Positions 49,437 to 59,027 of a stretch of 64,000 bases of DNA are shown piece after piece. The notes below the pieces were generated by a model, which saw nothing but the letters and a program-made list of their open reading frames with translations, was not told where the DNA came from and ran no database searches. Numbering within the stretch: the stretch's first letter is position 1; each line of letters opens with the position of its first letter. Both the position numbers and the translations under genes were made by a program. The DNA comes from Setoptus koraiensis (taxonomy: Eukaryota > Animalia > Arthropoda): NCBI GenBank assembly GCA_048013815.1, contig CM106585.1, forward strand, positions 5,332,001 to 5,396,000. The letters are read 5' to 3'.

Positions 49437-50187
49437 TGTCGACGACGGTTAAATCTATTATCAAAGCTTTGAGATCCAAAGATTGAATTCCTAACCATCT
49501 GTTAATTCTGTTCTATTCTTGGGCCCAGAACAGTTTACTAAACTGTTTTCGTGAATGTGTGATTTGTATCTACCAGGCCGTTGAAGCCCAACAGATGGAA
49601 ATATTTCCTGCCTATGACAACAACAAGTAGACTTATTAATAACATAGTTATGATACTACGTTAAATATTCTATTGCGATACTTTGAAGCCAAATACAACT
49701 TGAAAAACTTTCCGAGCTTATCGGTTGCCAAAAATAACCCCCGTTCGTGGCCAGGCATTTTTACCTGTAATGTCTTTCATCACAACATTCAACTGGAACA
49801 TGAGATTTTCATCTACATCTATTGTGGGCTCCAGGGTAGACGCGGGATGTACTGCAAATCGGCAGTCAATTGTGAACTGATGTTAAGCGTTAGGGCCCCC
49901 TCCAGTGTCCCAAACCTCTGTCAAACGATGTCTCTCTATGGTCTCAAGTTCTAGCCTGGTGGTATTCGGTTATCTTCGAATCTCTGATAGTGTATCCCGA
50001 GGGCTACAGGCGTTTATTTTTTGTTTGCACCGGCCAGTTTCAGGGCAAACTCATCCGTCGAATACAATGAACCTAAATCTCGATCAAAAACGACAAAATT
50101 CAAAAGGGCCAACTGTGAACTAATCCCATTTTCGAAATAGGGATACCCGAGAGATCTTCGTTCTAGCTGGCCAAGCGGCATCGGGCT

Positions 50188-50381
50188 TGGTGTTCCGGTG
50201 GAAACGGTTTAAACCATGCAAGAAACTGGACGAAACTCCTGAAAAATGGACGAAACTGGACGAAAGTCTGGGGTTTCGTCCAGTTTCATCCAGGATTTAG
50301 TCCGTTTCGTCCAGGGTTTAAACCACCCGTCGTCGACGAAATGGATGAAAGTGGCACCATAGGGTTCCCACCGGAACACTA
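50188..50381. mobile_element. Non-autonomous hAT-like MITE (194 bp) with internal foldback
   Basis: 18-bp TIRs: TGGTGTTCCGGTGGAAAC (50188-50205) and the reverse complement of TAGTGTTCCGGTGGGAAC (50364-50381), 2 mismatches. Exact 8-bp direct repeat ATCGGGCT at 50180-50187 and 50382-50389. Inverted arrays of TGGACGAAAC inside, bracketed by GGTTTAAACC at 50206-50215 and 50315-50324. Confidence 0.85.
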
Positions 50382-50972
50382 ATCGGGCTTCATGGGGACC
50401 TATCGATGCGAGACGAAATCTCCCCAATATTAGGCAAAACTCCCATAAATCGCATCGAGATTACACCGACATTCGCTGATAGCGCGTCTTTTTCCCATAG
50501 TCTGTACGGACAAGTTCGCGCTCACATTCGAAAGTTCCCACAAGGGGGCAATCTCCCTGAAATATTGCGAAAATCATTATGCAGAGCAGTCCCTAATAAT
50601 TTTTCCAACACGTGATAGATTGCCCGCGGTGCGCATGCGTATAAACTCGCATTTTGAAATTTGACGCTCAATTTCGCGTGAAACTGTGCTGCCGGTAGCA
50701 CGGCTCTTCTTCCATCTCTAACAAAGCAGAACACTTCAGTGCCAACTGTTCGCGCTCAAGTTAGTAACTGTGCACTTGTGAACTTTGCACAGCGACAAGC
50801 CGAATTGTTGGCTGGACTTGAGCATGAGGCTTTCGACATTCATCGAATTTTCGGTTGAAATTTGCATCATTGCATCAATATTATTATTTCAACTATTATA
50901 CCATTATTTTATTTTGACAATAATTACCAGTATTTTCTCAGTTTCAGAACCGAATAATAATCACTTGTCACC

Positions 50973-52754
50973 ATGAGTAATACGTACCTCAATAAATTCA
51001 AGTTTGATGAATGCCGTCTATTATTAGTTGGTGCCGGCGGAATTGGTTGTGAGGTGCTCAAGAGTCTCACATTGACAGGATTCACCAATATTGATGTAAT
51101 TGATTTAGATACCATTGATGTCAGTAATCTGAATCGTCAATTCTTATTTAATAAGTCCCATGTTGGAAAAAGCAAATCAGAAGTGGCTGTACAAATTGCC
51201 AAAGAAAATTACTCTCTTAAAAAGGATCTCAACCTCAATGCTATTCATAATTCTGTCATGTCCAGTGAATTTGACAGGGATTGGTTCAAAAAATACACAC
51301 TTGTTATCAATGCCTTGGACAATAGAGCAGCTAGAAGCCATGTCAATAGAATGTGCCTAAATGCCGATGTGCCCCTTATAGAATCCGGCACCGAGGGCTA
51401 TTTAGGACAGGTATCATTCATAAAAAAATCAATGACTGCTTGCTATGAGTGTGACGGCCTTCGAAGAGATGGCAGAACTTACGCTACATGCACTATAAGA
51501 AATACTCCATCACAACCCATACATTGTATTGTATGGGCTAAGTATCTTTTTCATCAACTCTTTGGCGAAGAGGACCCAGATAACGATGTTAGCCCCCAAG
51601 TGGAGAATGGAGGTTCAAATGAAAATGAGAAAGTCGTAGAACAAAATATTACCAATGGCGATTCTGATAACAAAACTGATAGTGATCAAACTGGCCAACA
51701 AGAACAGAAGCATCTTAGTACGCGTGAATGGGCGGTCAAAAACAACTATGACACGAAAATTCTTTTTGAGAAACTATTCAATATTGATATTCATTACCTT
51801 TTATCGATGGATAGCCTATGGAAAGAGCGCCAGAAACCGGAGCCACTTGACTTTAATCGTATAGAAAACGGGTCTCGCGATGAACAGCGAGCACACTGTT
51901 CTAAATCCAGTAGTACCACCAACAATGTCATCGTATTGGACAATCAGAGACTATGGTCTTGCCAAGAATGCCTTAATATGTTCACCGGAAGTATTGACAA
52001 GCTCAGATCTAGGATGAAATCAGCAGAATACTTAGAATGGGACAAAGATGACGAGGACGCCCTGAATTTTGTTACTGCTGCCTCAAACTTGAGGAGCCTG
52101 TGTTTCAATATTGAACGTAAATCCAAATTTGATGTGAAATCGTTAGCTGGAAATATTATCCCAGCAATTTCTTCTACTAACGCTATCATTGGTGGCCTGA
52201 TAGTTCTGCAAACCATAAGAGTGTTGAAGAATGTAGATTTGCCCTCTCCGGGCGAAGAAATCGATTACGAAAAACGTAACAAGCAGCTTGAAGGAGTCGG
52301 TAAACTCACCTACTTGAGGAAGTTGGCCGTCAATCAAACTAATTTAATATCCTCGTATGAAGCTTTCCCTCCAAACGCAGAATGTCTCGCTTGTACAACT
52401 GGCAAGATACCTGAGGTTCAAGTCCATCTGTCGTTAGAGGATACCACACTCATGGAATTCGTTGATAAGATTGTCATTGGTACATTCCACTTTGTTTGCC
52501 CTGATATCAGTCTAGATGACGGTTCAGGGACTATACTATTCAGTAAGGATGAATCGGATGAAGACGAGTCGTCTAACGAAATCTTGAAAAAGAAGAAACT
52601 ATCAGGGTATACACATTTAAACAAGCCGAAGACACGCCTTATAATCAACGATCTTCTCCAGGACAAATGTCTCATAATAATCATTGTAGATGAGAAAATT
52701 GATCCAAGAGAGCACAAAGACTTCTTTTATGTTAATCAAGCGAACGGTTTATAA
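50973..52754 (+). CDS. UBA2: SUMO-activating enzyme subunit 2 (E1, UBA2/SAE2), 593 aa, intronless
   Basis: GAGGIG nucleotide-binding loop, DLDTIDVSNLNRQFLF, catalytic-Cys region ATCTIRNTPSQPIHCIVWAK, AGNIIPAISSTNAII, two CxxC zinc motifs (CYEC, CLAC) and a C-terminal ubiquitin-fold-like segment. Confidence 0.97.
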   Translation: MSNTYLNKFKFDECRLLLVGAGGIGCEVLKSLTLTGFTNIDVIDLDTIDVSNLNRQFLFNKSHVGKSKSEVAVQIAKENYSLKKDLNLNAIHNSVMSSEFDRDWFKKYTLVINALDNRAARSHVNRMCLNADVPLIESGTEGYLGQVSFIKKSMTACYECDGLRRDGRTYATCTIRNTPSQPIHCIVWAKYLFHQLFGEEDPDNDVSPQVENGGSNENEKVVEQNITNGDSDNKTDSDQTGQQEQKHLSTREWAVKNNYDTKILFEKLFNIDIHYLLSMDSLWKERQKPEPLDFNRIENGSRDEQRAHCSKSSSTTNNVIVLDNQRLWSCQECLNMFTGSIDKLRSRMKSAEYLEWDKDDEDALNFVTAASNLRSLCFNIERKSKFDVKSLAGNIIPAISSTNAIIGGLIVLQTIRVLKNVDLPSPGEEIDYEKRNKQLEGVGKLTYLRKLAVNQTNLISSYEAFPPNAECLACTTGKIPEVQVHLSLEDTTLMEFVDKIVIGTFHFVCPDISLDDGSGTILFSKDESDEDESSNEILKKKKLSGYTHLNKPKTRLIINDLLQDKCLIIIIVDEKIDPREHKDFFYVNQANGL

Positions 52755-52776
52755 CAACTCATATAAAATCCATTAT

Positions 52777-54471
52777 TCATGTTTTAGCTTCAAGGACAGT
52801 GTTGGTTTTTTTGTCAGAAACTTTTTTGGAGTCGATGCTTGATGCCGATGCCTGTTGTTGCTTGGGCTTCCTTTTTCTTGGCTTGCTCTTGTTGATCGTT
52901 AAAGATTCAAGCCCCACGATTCGGCGTCCGCCCGCCCCTATACCGATGGCTGAATCGCCTAAGGCGCTAGTTGTTGCATTTGGATTGTTACGCAGTGAGG
53001 GAGGGATATACTTTCCAGCAGATTTTTGAAACTTTTGCAAATTTGATTGACTGAGTAAATCTTTATACTGTGAGGGCTTTGCGTCACATTTGGGCCTCCT
53101 GTATTTCAAAGGACAGGGTTGCCACATTAGATCGTATAATTCGAAAGGTTCTTCGGAGTCATGACCAATTTGCTCATGTATCAAGCTACCAGTATAATGC
53201 CACAACCTAAAACCGTTGCCAACCCTGAGTCTTGGAGTTGTTGTAGTGGTGATGAAGTGTAAACCATCAGCACACCACTGAAAGCCAGTTGTCTCTGGTA
53301 CTTTTATACTGAACAGCATTCGCTTCTTCTCAAAGTTCCAAACAGAGATTTGACCACTGAGATTACCGAATCCGTACAATGCCACCAAGTTACCATACGG
53401 GCTGAAGCTAGTCTCATTGAAAGGTGCTGGTTCACCGAAATCAAACATCATTTCACATTTTTGATTAAATAAGGTTGTCTGTGCTGGAGTGAATCCATAA
53501 GTGCACAGGAAGAGGTCTTTTTCACAGCTTGGAAACCATTCAAGATGAGATATTGGACCTTCCTTAGAAAGTTTTATCAAGTATGACTCCCCTTTGACGT
53601 TTAAAAAGTGCAGTGATTGTTCTCCATAATAAGATTTTCCCGATTGATCTACGTCTGCTTGACAAAGTAATAGCATAGACTTTCCGGAAGGAGACCAATT
53701 GAATTTCACTCTATCAGCATTGAAGAAGCTTTTATTCGCTATGCACTCATCGAGATTTGGGTATTTAAAAATACGAACAAATGATGGCTGTGCTTTGGCT
53801 CCTTGGCTATATACAGCGATGTAATGATTTTTTATTTTCCTTCTCTTTTCTATCAGATGTTGGTTTGAGGCTGATGGGGATGAATTGGTTGATAGACTGA
53901 AATCGGCTACCTTGATTGAAGTCATACGTTTGCTAGGCTTGTCGAATTTACCATTGGTATAAAACAAAAGATCATTGTTTACATGTTGAACGCACAAATC
54001 TTCATTGATACTAAAATTTGGTTGCCACTGATATGCTCTTTTGAACGACATGGAGGCCAATAGCGATTGAGTTGGTACATCCCAAAAATGCAAATTTTCG
54101 CCTCCTGACATGGTGCTATAGGTGACAAGTTTAGTGCCCTTCGGTGAGTTGTAAATAAAATTGCTTTTAACATCATTAACTCTATCAAAGACCATTTCTT
54201 TACTCTCTAACTTCATACATCTAATATGAGAATTATCACACCAGGCTATGAGTTTGCCATCTTCACTGCAACAGACACTTTCAACCCGTTGATTCCTATC
54301 TGATGTCTTTGCTATGATCATCATATCATTGCATGGAGGTGCTCCTTGAATTAGTTTCAGACCCTTGTTGCCGCGATGTATGAGGTAAGGCGGCGCCGGC
54401 GGAGGCCCCGAGGCATTGTCTTCGTTATCGCTGGCGGTTTGTTCTGATTTGTTGTTTCCAATGGCGGCCAT
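52777..54471 (-). CDS. EIF2A: Eukaryotic translation initiation factor 2A, 564 aa, intronless
   Basis: Beta-propeller with eIF2A motifs PSFVRIFKYPN, ANKSFFNADRV, SYYGEQSLH, GFGNLSGQISVW, PRLRVGNGFRLWHYTG and YIPPSLRN. Confidence 0.96.
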   Translation of the reverse strand: MAAIGNNKSEQTASDNEDNASGPPPAPPYLIHRGNKGLKLIQGAPPCNDMMIIAKTSDRNQRVESVCCSEDGKLIAWCDNSHIRCMKLESKEMVFDRVNDVKSNFIYNSPKGTKLVTYSTMSGGENLHFWDVPTQSLLASMSFKRAYQWQPNFSINEDLCVQHVNNDLLFYTNGKFDKPSKRMTSIKVADFSLSTNSSPSASNQHLIEKRRKIKNHYIAVYSQGAKAQPSFVRIFKYPNLDECIANKSFFNADRVKFNWSPSGKSMLLLCQADVDQSGKSYYGEQSLHFLNVKGESYLIKLSKEGPISHLEWFPSCEKDLFLCTYGFTPAQTTLFNQKCEMMFDFGEPAPFNETSFSPYGNLVALYGFGNLSGQISVWNFEKKRMLFSIKVPETTGFQWCADGLHFITTTTTPRLRVGNGFRLWHYTGSLIHEQIGHDSEEPFELYDLMWQPCPLKYRRPKCDAKPSQYKDLLSQSNLQKFQKSAGKYIPPSLRNNPNATTSALGDSAIGIGAGGRRIVGLESLTINKSKPRKRKPKQQQASASSIDSKKVSDKKTNTVLEAKT

Positions 54472-57400
54472 TGTATTGTAATTGTTGTATAGTTGTTGCG
54501 TTTATTGCCAACAACTAACTATCTATAACTACTTCTAAAGGTATTGAAGAGCTGACACTTGTCACATGGACCACGATTAGAGTAGACAATTTTTGTGTAT
54601 TCGTGTTTCCGTATTGTACGACAACCAGTGGCTGGCGAAAGTCCAAATATTATGAGAGGCCAAAATAATTGTAGTGTTCCAATACTGCCGATAGGACAGG
54701 TACAGTTGAGCTTATCATGTGCTGTTTGGGACAGATGTTGATGATGGTGGGCTTGTGAACGCAATGGGCAATATGGTATTGAATAAATAAAATGAAACAC
54801 CTGATGATGGTCTTGATGAGCTCGCCTAAGCTTTAGCAAGGGCTAACCCCAGTGGATATACGCCGCAATGTGCCGATATATCGGGTGTACCAATTATATA
54901 ATGGACAATGGCGACCCAGTGAGGTCCATTGAGAACGTAATATCAGACTGAAAGATCGGTTAAGAGGCGCACTAATTTACGCAAAATTCACCAAATATTA
55001 GAATTGAAACTAACGCCATGGATCGATTTGTGTGTGTGTGTGTGTGTGTGCCTCCTCACTATTCAGCAGTGTGTTTGGTGAAAAGAAAATTTGTGCGTGT
55101 GTGCGCTTACAGTCCGACGTGCGTTTTCGGTGTAGCGATGATGGTGCTGCCGCCGCCGCCGATGATGATCGCATCTAGAGCGACATCTTTCGCGTAACAA
55201 GCGAACTTGTGGCGATAAAAGATGAAAATCAACGTGAAAGGATTCTGCTGTGTGTCGTTGCTATATTAAAATCTCACAAATATCTCTTTTTGCTGGTTTC
55301 ATCAATCACCACCAAAAAGATTGCCCACTATGTCCGGATTTTTTTTTATTTGGCAGCCATCGAATTATGTTAATGTATGCATGCTCAATTTTTCGCCAGA
55401 TTCGTCCAAAATTCGATGGTGCGTTCATTCAATTTGTTGGCTGTCTCTTGATAAATACGTTCACAAGAGGGCGCCAAGTTCGCCAACTTGACTTGCACAA
55501 ATTCAAGATGTGCGCGAAACCAAATCGAGATCTAACCCTAGGTAGCCCGCGCGGCTATCAAAATACCCGCGGTCACCGCAACTTGCTGTTGACAAATAAA
55601 ACAGTCCATTGGATGACGCAACAAGGCCACCATTAATTCGCAGACAGGTACTACCGATATCGATTGCCATTGATTGCACCAGCAACACATTTGACAAAGG
55701 ATCTGACTTGGCAGATTGCCCCGATGAAAATGCAATGTATTTCAGGAACAGCTATCTGTTGTCTGCTTTTCTTTGCAATTTGGTTCCCAAAGAGCATCTG
55801 AAGAGAGAATCCAGGAGGACACACGTCAGGCGTCTTACTGTCTCCGCGAGACGCCAATGCTACACGAGCTTGCCGCAACGAACCGCAATTGACAGCCATT
55901 TCCGGCCTAGCGCGCGATTCATCGCATGCGTAGCTTGCATAGCTTAGTTAGAAACATACACAGTAAATTGATCTATGTGAGACGGACAATCTAGGTTGGC
56001 AATTTTTAGCTCGTTCTTTGCTTATTATTAATATGCTAATAAAAGAATCGATTCTTGTTAAAACTTTTGCCCCCTCTTACGACCACCATCGAACAAAACA
56101 GCTGTACGCTGATTCCTGTCTGTGCGCTCATGTTATGTACGCAGACGATCAATGTCAAGCGAGAGCGATCAAGTCAGCGACAATGTTGCTCGACAGGTTG
56201 GATTGCTCTTATGGGATCCCGATCATATTGAGCGATCATGTTGAGTAAGAGCGAAGAAAAGTGTGTTCAAAATTGTAGGAAAATAACAATCAAGGACAGT
56301 TGTGCGTGTGGCAGCATGTGTGAGCGCGTGAATGGGGCCCCGCTCCAGCTTACTTGTTGTAACGTGCCACTAGACGGAGATTAGAGGGGCCACGTAGAGG
56401 GCGAGCTTGGAGATAAGATGACAAGTACATGGTATCAGAAAAGGGTCATCATTAGGTTTTTGATGACACCCTTTTGATCTAATTCTGAGCCACTGTTTGG
56501 TGTAGCATGGTGGTGTAGCATGGTGGTGGAGGCGGTGGTGGTGGTGGTGGTGGCGTTGGTCGGGCGGTTGGTATTTGATAATGTGCGCATGAGTGACCGA
56601 ACGAGCTCGAACCGACGGGCTAACTTAGCCCGGCTAAGTAATAATAGTCTTTGTGAGCCAGCGAGCTAAACACACTCACATACACATGTTATAGTTGAAG
56701 CACAGCAGTATCGTTGGCCAATAGGCAATGGGGGACCAGCACCATTGCGCACCTTAGAAGATGGGAATTGCGCATGACATGCGCAGTTCGCAGATAGAAC
56801 AGCGTCCAACGATGCGCAGCATGTGCGACCGAATATTGTGGCAGCGTTCAGCGAGTGTGTGTGTGTGTGCTGAACCAAACAATCTCTGTGCCATCTAACA
56901 TATAGCATTGTGCGCATCAGGTACACGCTAACCGGCTGGGTTCCTTCGGCTGTTCCTAATCTTAATTGGCGTCGACCATTGTGCGCAGCTTTTGCACCAT
57001 TACTTTGCGATACAACTGTAGCGGTGCTCTCTCCTATGCCATACACTATGCCATTATAGAACTGAAGGAGAGCCCACAAGAGCGAGAGAGAGAGAGGGAG
57101 AGAATGTGTGTGGTGGAAACTTGTCCGCCTGTCGTACTGTATGCCGTACCATTGGTACTATTGGTGGTGTGTATTGTATCCAGTGCACATTTACAGCATG
57201 CAATATATATATGTTTGTGTGTGTATAACTAGTTGATCAATTCTAGCCAGTATATTTGCGAGTAGTTTAGAATAGCACACCATTCCGAAGTTCAGCCACT
57301 AACAGCTTCACTATGAACAGTAAAGCTGTGCGCTGGGTGAATCAGCTTAGGCTGAGCTCCGTTTCGGCCGTCCACTGAGAGAGGGCGCTGCCCAGTGTTG

Positions 57401-59027
57401 GATGTAACAATCGAGTGGTCCCACACTGTGCTCTAAAATCATTGACGGTCAGCAATGATGACGGTCAATTCCCCACTGCCATTCTCTACAGCCAGCCTCA
57501 AGCCGCACCGTGGATTAGTGGACTCATGTGTGGATCTGTTCAGCGGGTCACCAACAGGAAACGAGTGATTCAGAAATGATTCACAAGCAAATGCATCTGA
57601 AAATTTGTTGAAAGAAATGGCTATTCCATCTCCAATCAGCTCGTTTGATTTGGCTTGCATTCCTCGGAGGCATTCCGAGATCACAGTTGATCCAAGCTAC
57701 ACTAATGATGCTACAATTGCCCTGTGTTTCATCAGATCGAGAGGCACCAGCGGCTTCGTATCGGTTAAATCAATCAATTTGAGACAATTGCAGATGCAAG
57801 CAACAACGCTGTATACTTTCGACATTGGAGAAGCGCCCCCTCTCTTCGGTTGGGCGAAAGCAGGGAAATTTTGAAATAGTAGAGGTTAACTCAGTCTGCC
57901 GTAATGGAGAAGAAGAAAAAGAAAGAAAAAAAGTAGAAGTATAGTGTTTCTAGCACTCGATCGACGGGGGAGGGGGTAACAAATGGGGATAGAGCATGTG
58001 TGCGAGTGTGTGTGTGTGCGCTGAAAGAGGGGGGAAAGAAGAGAGAATCGGGCAGAAAATAAATTCACGATACTTGCATGTTCGAACGCTTGCGACTCAC
58101 TTTCTGTCCGCTCACAACTGCAAAGTTGGTGTGTGTGTGTGTGTGTGTGTGCTGGTATAGCATAGCAGACTAGCTGACGCACAGCCAGAGCTACAGTGTT
58201 GTATTGTGTGCTAGTAACGCAGCGCACACACTCACATAAAGGGAGAGAAAGAATTATCATATGAGAGGGCTGCACATTCTAGGCGTGGAATAATACACGT
58301 CTGTATGTTACTACGCTATACAGTGCTATTTCTGATTCTCTTCTCTCTGCTCTAGCCAGTAGTGCTGCTGTCGCTGTTCTTGTTGTCGTATAGTTATAGC
58401 ACTGGCATTACTATTGTACGCTGTACTGTACAAATAATATATAAACAATTCCTGATGAGAGCAAGTTTGTGCCTGCCGAATGCGCACAGATTCTACATAA
58501 GTGCGGCGCACAGCACACGGGTTACGTGGGTATAGGGCAAGATTATCCTCTGCGTCGCCAATGCTAACATGCAGGCACGCATGGCATCGTATTACATTCT
58601 GTGCTTGCTGAGTGGGCACACAAATGAGTGCAAAATTCTATTTGGCACGAGGAAATGTACGAGGTTGCCAGTTACTCTGTATATAAGCGCTATGCTGCAC
58701 TAACACTGCCTCATTCTGAAATAAATTTCCGAACACTCCACATCACTACTACAACACTGATTGGCTTAATTACTGCAAAAAAAGGCATACAAGTTGATTA
58801 GGAATCCGCACAAACTCCCCGTAAAATACTAATCTATTCAAATGGAAGCGATGGAAACAGTGAGATTCGATAGCAATTTGATGCAGCATACACAAACAGC
58901 AAAAAACAAGCCAATAAAAGCCAACATTTTGATCTAAACTCAACTACTAAAACTAACAGCAACACCAACAACAAACAAAATACCCGATCACCAATAGAGC
59001 ACAAAAAAGCGATAATTATGACACAAG

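Noticed and set aside
54519-54839. 106-aa TTG-started ORF upstream of eIF2A with faint ribosomal L36-like pattern (GCRTIRKHEYTKIVYS)
   Set aside because: Two of the L36 zinc-binding Cys are absent, there is no ATG and it lies in the expected eIF2A promoter or 5' region.
55503-55697. AIDIGST motif resembling the FGGY/ASKHA kinase phosphate-1 loop
   Set aside because: The ORF is only 64 aa, has no continuation of the fold and no plausible further exons.
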